DNA from: an uncultured Methanobacteriaceae archaeon
GTDB lineage: Archaea > Methanobacteriota > Methanobacteria > Methanobacteriales > Methanobacteriaceae
Assembly (NCBI GenBank): GCA_963765255.1
Contig: CAVXVI010000001.1
Coordinates: 733,983 to 765,982 of the forward strand
DNA: 32,000 nt
Direction: 5' to 3'
The notes beneath the pieces are model-generated. The model was not told the origin of the DNA. It made no database searches and was given only the letters and a program-made list of their open reading frames with translations. A program made the translations under genes and the position numbers. This document shows, piece after piece, positions 18,667-26,635 of this stretch (within the stretch, counting starts at the first letter, position 1; every line of letters starts with the position of its first letter).

Positions 18667-20184
18667 TTAGTGATTATTTGTATCTAAATTTTTATTTATT
18701 TTCGATATAATTTTGCTTGCAGGATCCATTCCCTGAGCACCTATAAGTAATACAGTGTCGGCTTTTTTTGCAGATTTTAAGGTATATTCCAGTGCAGGAT
18801 ATAAATTTTCAAGATACACACATTCCAATTGGTTTTCCATTAAAGTTTGTAGTACAATATCCATTTCAGTTTGTTTTACAGTGTTGGCACTGTCAACGGC
18901 TTCGGCACTACTTGTCACTATAATACTATGATCTAAACCTTTTAGCCCATTCACAAGTGCTTTGGAATTTAAATCATTTATTGTAGATCCTCTTGAGCCT
19001 CGGATTGCAAATACAACATAGAGGGTTCCTTTACATATCTTAGCAGCACTTCGTATAGTGGCTACTATTCCATCAGGATTGTGAGCAAAGTCATCTATTA
19101 TCAATGGATTTTTACCCAATATGCTGAATCTTCTTTCAAGCTGTTTATAAGAAGATATTCCCTGTTTAATCACTTTCTTATTAATATTTAAAGCTAAACA
19201 AGCATCTATTGCTGCCATGGTATTTTGAAGGAAGTGTTTACTATTAAATGGAAGTTCATCTGTTTTCAGAAATAAGTCGGAGTAGAGATAAATACCATCC
19301 AATTTTAATGTTATATTCTGATAATTAGAACCATTCTCAATACTTCCATGAGATAAAAGATTAATAACATCTCTTTTTTGTATGATCTCTCCCATTTTCA
19401 GAAGCAAAGGATCATCAGAATTTAGAATAGCATATCTTTTTTTTAAATCATTTTTTTCAAATTCAATACTATGTTCTGATATGTTAGATATAGCTTCTAA
19501 AGATCCAAATATCTCATTAAATGTTTCTTCAATAGAATTAACCAGACCTATATGATCCAAACCCACATTTGTGATTACTAATACATTAGGATCTATTGCT
19601 GAAGTCATTAAGTACGCATGATTTTCCATGAGTTTGTCTAACCATCCTTGTACTTCTGAAACTTCTATAACCATAGCTTGAATTGGTTTATTATTAATAT
19701 TTTCGAAATCAGCAATTTGTACTGCCACAACCGGGTCGATTAATGTATTAAATTCGGATTTAGCATCTGTATTAGTATAAGTGTTGTAACCAGCTAAAGT
19801 TAATATCTTGTAGATCATATGTGCTGTTGTTGATTTACCATTCGTACCAGTTACCACCACACGTAAAGATTCTTTAGCAAAAGTTTCAACTGCCCATTTG
19901 AGAGCAAATGCATTGGCAAATTCGATTTTAGGCGTAATTATCAGGGGTAAATTGAGTTTTTTTGATGTTTCAATGGCTTCTGAAGTTGGATTTTGTGTGA
20001 TGATACAAGAAACTTTTTTTTGTGATGCTATGGTAATACCTTTCTCATCAATCCAGTGCCTTATCACAACATCCCCAGGCCTTGCACGATTTAAAAAAGT
20101 GAAGATACCTTTAACAGGTTTTATGTCTCCTATTAAATCCCCCTTAACTTTTTGGGCCAAATAAGATGTAGTAATTTCATTCAT
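18667..20184 (-). CDS. Mur-ligase family protein, MurE/MurF-like N-domain (pseudomurein peptide ligase candidate)
   Basis: The ORF track starts at a TTG at 20265, which overlaps the upstream gene by 58 nt. I prefer the ATG at 20184 (MNEITTSYLAQKVKGDLIG...), preceded by AGGGAT. The MurE/F-like N-domain contains ARPGDVVIRHW...CIITQ. The P-loop is VTGTNGKSTTAHMI, and ITNVGLDHIG and DDFAHNPDG are also present. Confidence 0.8.
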   Translation of the reverse strand: MNEITTSYLAQKVKGDLIGDIKPVKGIFTFLNRARPGDVVIRHWIDEKGITIASQKKVSCIITQNPTSEAIETSKKLNLPLIITPKIEFANAFALKWAVETFAKESLRVVVTGTNGKSTTAHMIYKILTLAGYNTYTNTDAKSEFNTLIDPVVAVQIADFENINNKPIQAMVIEVSEVQGWLDKLMENHAYLMTSAIDPNVLVITNVGLDHIGLVNSIEETFNEIFGSLEAISNISEHSIEFEKNDLKKRYAILNSDDPLLLKMGEIIQKRDVINLLSHGSIENGSNYQNITLKLDGIYLYSDLFLKTDELPFNSKHFLQNTMAAIDACLALNINKKVIKQGISSYKQLERRFSILGKNPLIIDDFAHNPDGIVATIRSAAKICKGTLYVVFAIRGSRGSTINDLNSKALVNGLKGLDHSIIVTSSAEAVDSANTVKQTEMDIVLQTLMENQLECVYLENLYPALEYTLKSAKKADTVLLIGAQGMDPASKIISKINKNLDTNNH

Positions 20185-20207
20185 ATTTATATCCCTTTGA
20201 TAAATAA

Positions 20208-21281
20208 TTAGAATACTCTGTAACCATACAATGTAGCTAAACAAACTAGTAAGGTTGCTCCCCAATAAATTATAATAATTTTCTTCTCAGATAATCCCTT
20301 ATAGTTAAGGGTATGATGAAGGGGTTCTACTGGCAATTTAATAATATGTGCCCTATGAAGAAGGCTAACAATTACTGAAATTATTGGTACAGCAAGTGCT
20401 AAAACCGCAAATAATATTATATCTCCTAAAAATGCAGCAGTAATATATCCTGCTCCGAGGGCAAAAGATCCAGTATCTCCCATAAATATGCTTGCAGGAT
20501 ATTTATTATACACTAGAAAACCAAAACAGGCACCAGCAATTACAATAAAAGGTAATGATCCGTTTGGATTTCCTGTTGATATCACAAATATTGCCGAAGC
20601 AATTGAAGCTATAGCAATTATTCCCGCTGCAAGACCATCCATTCCATCGATAAGATTAACTGAATTTATTGATCCTACAATACCAAATATTATAATTGGG
20701 ATTATGAGTAGTCCTATATTAAATCCTAGTATGGAAGCACCAACAGCTCCTGAAGCTATAAGAAATAAAGAAACTAGTATCTGTGCGGAAATCTTTTCGT
20801 TTTCTTTTATTTCACTTTTTATTGGTGCTTCACCAGTTATCTCGACTAAATTATTTTTTAAGAGATATTCTAAGTCTTTTTTAGCTTTAGGTGTTGTTAC
20901 TCTAGCATTTTCACCAGTTTTAAGAGTTAATCTACCAATTTCTACTTCTTTTGGACTTATATTCCTTATAACTTTTTGAATTTCCTTTGTTTTGAGTCCT
21001 ATAAGATCATCCATCAATCCAACGATTCCAGCGACCATCATGATAATTACTGTTAAAACAAGGTTTTTATCAGCGTAAAAAATACATGCAAGTAGAAGAA
21101 CTCCCATTAATATGGCAAGTCCTCCCATGGTAGGTGTTCCTGCTTTATGACTATGTTCTGTGACTATTGGATTATCTTTAACATCTGCATATTTCAACAT
21201 CTTCTTGACAAAAAGTGTGAAAAATGCTGTAGCTATGAATGTGAGTAAGAATATGAAAACTTCAACTTGAATATTGCTCAA
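20208..21281 (-). CDS. MraY-like polyprenyl-phosphate phospho-sugar(-peptide) transferase (PNPT/GT4 family)
   Basis: 357-aa polytopic membrane ORF. It has a TTG start with a GGTGAT RBS 3 nt upstream of the TTG (5 nt from the GGTG core) and no nearby in-frame ATG. Motifs are GLMDDLIG (DD), NSVNLIDGMDGLA (NxxNxxDGxDGL), FMGDTGS and the His loop PVEPLHHTL, which is MraY-type rather than WecA/AglH-type. Confidence 0.88.
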   Translation of the reverse strand: MSNIQVEVFIFLLTFIATAFFTLFVKKMLKYADVKDNPIVTEHSHKAGTPTMGGLAILMGVLLLACIFYADKNLVLTVIIMMVAGIVGLMDDLIGLKTKEIQKVIRNISPKEVEIGRLTLKTGENARVTTPKAKKDLEYLLKNNLVEITGEAPIKSEIKENEKISAQILVSLFLIASGAVGASILGFNIGLLIIPIIIFGIVGSINSVNLIDGMDGLAAGIIAIASIASAIFVISTGNPNGSLPFIVIAGACFGFLVYNKYPASIFMGDTGSFALGAGYITAAFLGDIILFAVLALAVPIISVIVSLLHRAHIIKLPVEPLHHTLNYKGLSEKKIIIIYWGATLLVCLATLYGYRVF

Positions 21282-21428
21282 AATATCACCTTTAAATTGT
21301 TTTATAAGAATGGAATCATTTTGAAATATAAATGCAGTTAACTATTTATATATACCATTTCTTATGTATCCTTTTATTATACAGGTTCCCTTTAATTTTA
21401 TTCTAATGTATAATCTTATCTTCAAGTT

Positions 21429-22565
21429 CTATTTTAAAATTTTTAGATCTTTAGATATTTTAATGGCTTTTGCCATTGTTTCACCGCGTATTGTTATACG
21501 TTCATAATTTTTAGGTCCATGAATGATCCAAGAATTTTTATTGGGAAATTCCCTGAATTTATGATTGTTTTTATTTGAAGGATAACTACCGACTGGTATC
21601 TCTATTGCAGAATAATGTTTAATTTTATCTTTGAGTTTTGAAGCATCCCAGTACCCTGTTGCCATATCAATTAGTTCATGCATTATATTTACACCCGTTG
21701 CGGCATTTGTGATATATCTTGTACCGCTGGGTCTGGCATTTATTTCTATAACATTATTTTCTTGTGTTTTAGTGTTAAATATAATATCAATATCTGCTGT
21801 ACCCTCTAATCCTATTTTATTTGCAATGTCTATAGCAATTTTTTGAATTTTGCGATTATTTTCTTTGTTATTAATGTCCTTTATTTCTAATGGGGCTTTT
21901 TTAATCTTTTCCAATGGATGGATACATTCTAATGTAGTTTTTCCTTTATAAACAGGAACTAATGGCACTGTTTTCCCATTCCATCTTAAGACTTCTATGG
22001 AAATTTCAGAACCAGCAATAAATTTTTCAGCTACACCATTTTCAAATAAAGGGAAATATCTATCTGAATCGTTTATGGAAGATACTATCTTTATTCCGGA
22101 TCCACCTTGTCCTTCTATTTTTTTTAAAACCATTGGTTCATTGTTTTTTATTTTTTGTTGAACCATTTTATAATCATTCTTTGTTATTTTAAAATATTCC
22201 GGAGTTTTAATATTATTTTTTACAAAAAATTCTTTGGTTTTAAATTTGTCTACACATGTTTTAGCTGCAAAAACAGGAGATGCTACTACAGGGATTCCAT
22301 AATCCTCTTCTAACTTCTTTTTCATAATAGCTACTTCAACAAGAGGTCCATCAATCCCTATTAATGGAACAACTCCATCTACTTCTTCTTGAATGGCAAT
22401 TTTCATTGGTTCATCCATTCCTCTTGAAACAATATAATTAGAATCAGCTAGTTTCAAGTTGGGAGATTGGGCATTTGATTCGGATATAATGCTCGTTATA
22501 GAATTTTTTTTGGTGTAGAGTGCTACATCATCAAATAGACGAGCCCCTATAAACAAGATTTTCAT
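21429..22565 (-). CDS. ATP-grasp enzyme, CarB-like single ATP-grasp module (pseudomurein-cluster 'CPS-like' ligase candidate)
   Basis: 378-aa ORF. VIEINARPSGTRYITNAATGVNIMHEL aligns by eye with carB in this same window ([26 protein letters not shown]). It also has the glycine-rich loop KKIEGQGGSGIK. It is the first gene of the co-directional block. Confidence 0.8.
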   Translation of the reverse strand: MKILFIGARLFDDVALYTKKNSITSIISESNAQSPNLKLADSNYIVSRGMDEPMKIAIQEEVDGVVPLIGIDGPLVEVAIMKKKLEEDYGIPVVASPVFAAKTCVDKFKTKEFFVKNNIKTPEYFKITKNDYKMVQQKIKNNEPMVLKKIEGQGGSGIKIVSSINDSDRYFPLFENGVAEKFIAGSEISIEVLRWNGKTVPLVPVYKGKTTLECIHPLEKIKKAPLEIKDINNKENNRKIQKIAIDIANKIGLEGTADIDIIFNTKTQENNVIEINARPSGTRYITNAATGVNIMHELIDMATGYWDASKLKDKIKHYSAIEIPVGSYPSNKNNHKFREFPNKNSWIIHGPKNYERITIRGETMAKAIKISKDLKILK

Positions 22566-22718
22566 TTTATCACGATTAGCTTTAATATATTTTGACTAGA
22601 AAATTTTTAAGTAATTATTAATATGAATATTTTTTTTATTAATATAAATCCAATTTTTTAATGCTTTATCTTTTCTAAAAGTCATAGTTAAAGGTGTAAG
22701 ATTTCCTATATAATAATA

Positions 22719-23219
22719 TCAATCTAATGATGAAGTTTGTACATCGAACGAATACTTAATAATTTTAGTTAATTTTTCCACACCAATGTTGGCTTCCTTT
22801 GAAATTTGATTGGACAATTCCATATTTTTTGGTTGAATCCCAATCAGCAATATTTTGACATTTATAAATGATTCTAAATATTTGATCATGAATGATAATG
22901 GCATGGCATGAGTTGAAATGTTGTAATCTGCTATTTCCTCACATCTAATCAGTTTTATTGAACCCGGATTCTTTTTCATTTCAACAGCATCTATAAAAAT
23001 TATGTGGGATGGTTGTTCTTTTTTTATAATACCTGTATAGTTTTCTGGGACTGTTCCAGCATTTATAACTACAAACCCTTCTTGATTTCTGAATAATTTT
23101 ACCAGATTTTTAGCTATTAATGGTCCTACTGCATCATCTCCACGCATATCATTACCAATACATAAAAAAATGAGCTTACTACAGTCCTCTGTGAATATTC
23201 TCAATTCTTGCTCTAACAC
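22719..23219 (-). CDS. hycI: Hydrogenase maturation endopeptidase (HycI/HybD family)
   Basis: 166-aa ORF with the signature LIFLCIGNDMRGDDAVGPLIA (GNxxxxDDGxG). The start is GTG at 23219, or TTG at 23204. Either start overlaps the 3' end of the upstream methyltransferase gene. Confidence 0.85.
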   Translation of the reverse strand: MLEQELRIFTEDCSKLIFLCIGNDMRGDDAVGPLIAKNLVKLFRNQEGFVVINAGTVPENYTGIIKKEQPSHIIFIDAVEMKKNPGSIKLIRCEEIADYNISTHAMPLSFMIKYLESFINVKILLIGIQPKNMELSNQISKEANIGVEKLTKIIKYSFDVQTSSLD

Positions 23220-23886
23220 TCTCTAATCCCCCACCCATCTTATAATATAAGTTTAATTGTATGATATCGTTGGAATAAACTTTTGTTTTTTCAATAGGAA
23301 TTATTAAAGGAGGATTTAGCATAGGTGTTGGGCCACAGATAATATCCTCAGTTATTAAAGTAAATGTAGTGATTTTTACACCAGAAACAATCCCGGATAT
23401 TTTTATTTTGAGAGCTATTGATTCATTAAATATAGGGGGTGTATAATACATAAAATTTATTCTACTGTAGAAGTTAGGGTTTCCTAAAACCCTGTTTTTT
23501 GGATGTCCATCCTCTTCATAACATATATCTTCAATATCAACTCGAACAGGTTCTATACAATTTAAAATTCCGAAAGGGATAATTTCCCCATTGTCTCTCA
23601 AATATTTCCTTACAGAATTTAATACTGGAACTTGTTCTTCATCTATAAGTGCGGTATCCAACATTTCACAGATGATAACATCTGCTTTTTTTGAAAATGA
23701 AAATTTAGTTGCATCTGCATTGATAACTTCGACATTATCAAGATCTTTGAGATTCGATCGTGTGCATTCTGCAAGGGGTTTATTAATTTCAACTGCATAA
23801 ACAAAATCTGAATGTGGAGCTGCCCATGCTGAAAGAATTCCTGAACCTGCTCCTAAATCATAAACAGTTCCTTTAGCTTTTTTCAA
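23179..23886 (-). CDS. Class I SAM-dependent methyltransferase with PRMT-like architecture; the coding signal continues upstream of this TTG to 23952
   Basis: Motif I is VYDLGAGSGILSAWAA, the post-I region is YAVEIN, and ICEMLDTALIDEEQV resembles the PRMT double-E/THW region. A C-terminal beta-rich domain follows. The codons upstream of the TTG read FTSYHHNLISDTARLAGFYEAI. By eye this aligns with the PRMT N-terminal helix (F.SY...H..ML.D..R...Y..a). No ATG, GTG or TTG exists there (see findings). Confidence 0.7.
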   Translation of the reverse strand: MKKAKGTVYDLGAGSGILSAWAAPHSDFVYAVEINKPLAECTRSNLKDLDNVEVINADATKFSFSKKADVIICEMLDTALIDEEQVPVLNSVRKYLRDNGEIIPFGILNCIEPVRVDIEDICYEEDGHPKNRVLGNPNFYSRINFMYYTPPIFNESIALKIKISGIVSGVKITTFTLITEDIICGPTPMLNPPLIIPIEKTKVYSNDIIQLNLYYKMGGGLESVRARIENIHRGL

Positions 23887-24000
23887 TATGGCTTCATAAA
23901 ATCCTGCTAATCGTGCAGTGTCTGATATGAGGTTATGGTGATAGGACGTAAATTAACACCTTCGTAAAATTAATCCTGTAAACTCGTAAATTATGAATAA

Positions 24001-24025
24001 ATTAATAATATTTAATATTATTAAT
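24001..24025. repeat. Perfect 25-bp palindrome (12-bp arms, 1-nt centre): ATTAATAATATT-T-AATATTATTAAT
   Basis: I read it directly and verified both arms base by base. It lies 52 nt downstream of the nikR stop and immediately upstream of a TATA-like TTATTCATAATTT for the methyltransferase-hycI operon. Confidence 0.6.
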
Positions 24026-24076
24026 GAATTCTACTGTAATATATCCTACTACCATGTAGATTGGAATTTGTGAAAT

Positions 24077-24487
24077 TTATTCTATTTTTTCGCCGCTTGC
24101 AGTACTTGTTAGTTTTACGTGCTCGACGCCTTTCAATCTCATAATCTTCTCAGTTAGGTCACGTATGTATTTAACGTCTCCCTTAACAACCACAACTTCT
24201 AAACAATATTTCTCAGTCATGTGAACATGCATTACAGCGTTGATATAATCTCTGTAGTCGTGCTGAATATCTGTTAAATCTTCCATAACACCAGTGTAAT
24301 GATGGTCATATATTACTGCAAGTATCCCTATTCTCTCGCCTTCCATCTCATTCATCCACTGATAACGGACTATATAATCTTTTAATGCGTCTCTAATTCC
24401 CTTAGACCGTGATTGGTATCCTCTATCTTTAAGAACTTCGTCAAATTCACTTAATAATTTTTTAGGTAATGACATGCTTATTCTCAT
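24077..24487 (-). CDS. nikR: Nickel-responsive transcriptional regulator NikR
   Basis: The N-terminal ribbon-helix-helix is MRISMSLPKKLLSEFDEVLKDRGYQSRSKGIRDALKDYI. The C-terminal ACT-like nickel site is VMHVHMTEKYCLEV. I prefer the ATG at 24487, preceded by GGGAGGG, over the track's upstream start at 24535. Confidence 0.9.
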   Translation of the reverse strand: MRISMSLPKKLLSEFDEVLKDRGYQSRSKGIRDALKDYIVRYQWMNEMEGERIGILAVIYDHHYTGVMEDLTDIQHDYRDYINAVMHVHMTEKYCLEVVVVKGDVKYIRDLTEKIMRLKGVEHVKLTSTASGEKIE

Positions 24488-24522
24488 CACAATATTCCCT
24501 CCCAATTTATAATACCATAATA

Positions 24523-24558
24523 CTAAATTTGGCACTATTTAAAGCTTGTCCTAAATTT
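24523..24558 (-). promoter_or_regulatory. Putative nikR promoter: a TATA-like CTTTAAATA (24543..24535, minus) flanked by two copies of CTAAATTT 28 bp apart
   Basis: The TATA-like element is about 50 nt upstream of the nikR ATG. CTAAATTT occurs at 24523-24530 and at 24551-24558. This is a positional argument only. Confidence 0.3.
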
Positions 24559-24838
24559 ACAATGTTGGTTTTATTGCAAACATATCCCTAAATATTTCAA
24601 ATTTTGTATAGAAATAATTCACATTCATCTTATATAAAATTAATACTTAATACTTTTATCTCATATCCTCACTTTTATTAATACTATGCGAAATATCAAT
24701 AATAATTGAAATTTGCGATTTATTTTGATCATTGTTCATTAAATTGAAAGCTAGAAACAATATGTTATAGTAAGTTTCCACCCAAAATTTGCACATGAAC
24801 TAAAGCACTAACAAAATAATTATTAATCATGTCCAACA

Positions 24839-24853
24839 ATATCCCTATATAAT
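24839..24853 (+). promoter_or_regulatory. Putative BRE/TATA promoter of the CBS-domain gene (ATATCCCTATATAAT)
   Basis: The TATA-like CTATATAA is centred about 45 nt upstream of the ATG at 24894. A GGAGGG RBS follows at 24882-24887. Confidence 0.35.
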
Positions 24854-24893
24854 GATTTCAAGTAATATGTAGTTAAATATCCGGAGGGATAAG

Positions 24894-25295
24894 ATGGAAG
24901 TTAAAGAAGCCATGAATCAGGGTGTCATAACTGTTAACCCGGAAATTAAGCCATTAGAAGCATTTGAAAAAATGTATAAAGAAGGTGTCCGTAGATTATT
25001 TGTTATAGATACTGAAGGGAAGCCTAAAGGCGTTATATCCTACTCGGATCTAATAGGAGTTCTTGGAAGTCTGCGGCCAACAAACAATAATATTGCTGTT
25101 TTGAAAATATCAGATATTATGACTGAAGATGTAATAACTATAGATTCTAATAATGGGATCGAAGATGCTGCAAATCTTATGGTTAGAGCTGATGTATCAG
25201 GGCTTCTGGTTTTAGAAAATAATAAACCCGTAGGTGTAATTACTAAAACAGATATATGTAGGATGGTCGCTGCAGAAATGTTGGTACCAGCTTAA
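24894..25295 (+). CDS. CBS-domain pair protein (stand-alone Bateman module)
   Basis: 133-aa ORF with two CBS repeats. The first is V.EAMNQGVITVNPEIKPLEAFEKMYKEGVRRLFVID..GKPKGVISYSDL. The second is ISDIMTEDVITIDSNNGIEDAANLMVRADVSGLLVLENNKPVGVITKTDI. Confidence 0.85.
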   Translation: MEVKEAMNQGVITVNPEIKPLEAFEKMYKEGVRRLFVIDTEGKPKGVISYSDLIGVLGSLRPTNNNIAVLKISDIMTEDVITIDSNNGIEDAANLMVRADVSGLLVLENNKPVGVITKTDICRMVAAEMLVPA

Positions 25296-25532
25296 AATCT
25301 TAATCAAAATTTATTTAAAAAGAAATTCCTTTTTCTTCAGTATTATTTAATTCTAATTATAAAATTTTAAATTTAAATAAGTAAATGAAAGTTTGCTATT
25401 AAATTATTATATTTATAAAATTTTTTTTCAAAGATTTTAATTAAGAATATTATAATAGAATAAAAATTAGATAAAATTACAAAAACCGTTATAATGCTTT
25501 AAATACATTTTAATAGATAAAATAAATAAAAT

Positions 25533-25684
<152 letters not shown>

Positions 25685-25972
25685 ATACATTGTTTTTGAC
25701 AACATACCATGGTTTTGGTTTTATGGTATATAAGTTTTTAGGTTCAGTTACTTTTGAAGATTGCAGTTTTTCTGATATTTTCATGAGAAATTAACTAATT
25801 AATTGATATGAAATCATATAATTGATTGTAAAATTTGAGCAGCGATTACTAATAATTATATATGGGAGCTTATTCAAACAGTGAAAAGTTCAGATAATTC
25901 TATAAAAGTCATCTTAAATCTTAAAAAAATATGAAAAAATAAATTTTACAAATATAAACTGGTGTAAAAAAT

Positions 25973-26623
25973 ATGTACATAGTAATAATGGGTGGTGGAA
26001 GAGTAGGGTTAAGATTGGCTATCTCTTTGGTAGCAGTAGGTCTTGATGTTACTCTCATTGAAAATGATTCAGATTTATGTGGTAATGCGGCAAGTGAACT
26101 TGATGCAATGGTAATCTGTGGAAACGGTACAGATATAAAAACTCTTTCAGAAGCAAATATAGCCGATGCAGATGTTTTTGTTGCAGCCACTGGAAATGAT
26201 GAGGCAAATTTACTTTCTTGTATATTGGTTAAGGATTATAAAATTCCTAAGGTAATTGCAAGGGTTAGCAATCCGGATCATGATGAAGCATTCCGTAAAG
26301 TTGGAATAGACATCGTTGTAAGTCCAGAACTTACAGCTGCCGGTTATTTAGAAAAATTGATAACTCGACCTAAAATTGCTGATCTTATCGTAATTGGAAA
26401 GGGCAATGCAGAACTCCTTGAACTTACTGTAAATAATTCTAAAATATTTGGGAAAAAAATAGGAGATCTCAGCCCAACAGAGGATTATATCATAGCTGCT
26501 GTACACAAAAATGGTGAAATAAAAATTCCAAAAGATGGTATGATGCTTAAAAAAGGGAATAGGATATCTATACTTGTAAAAACCCCAGCTATTAAGGCTG
26601 TCACCAAAAAATTCACTGAGTAA
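25973..26623 (+). CDS. trkA: TrkA-type K+ transport/channel regulatory protein (RCK: TrkA-N plus TrkA-C)
   Basis: 216-aa ORF. The N-terminal NAD-binding Rossmann is [16 protein letters not shown], followed by ATGNDEANL. The C-terminal TrkA-C domain contains LELTV...GKKIGDL. No TrkH/KtrB partner is present in the window. Confidence 0.88.
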   Translation: MYIVIMGGGRVGLRLAISLVAVGLDVTLIENDSDLCGNAASELDAMVICGNGTDIKTLSEANIADADVFVAATGNDEANLLSCILVKDYKIPKVIARVSNPDHDEAFRKVGIDIVVSPELTAAGYLEKLITRPKIADLIVIGKGNAELLELTVNNSKIFGKKIGDLSPTEDYIIAAVHKNGEIKIPKDGMMLKKGNRISILVKTPAIKAVTKKFTE

Positions 26624-26635
26624 ACTTCTAATAAA

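Noticed and set aside
20185-20265. 27-codon N-terminal extension of the MurE/F-like ligase (TTG start overlapping the MraY-like gene by 58 nt)
   Set aside because: The extension encodes a hydrophobic peptide unrelated to Mur ligases. The ATG at 20184 has an upstream AGGGAT and begins the recognisable MurE/F N-domain.
24488-24535. 16-codon N-terminal extension of nikR
   Set aside because: The GGGAGGG RBS lies inside it, and NikR proteins begin directly with the ribbon-helix-helix strand (MRISMSLP...).
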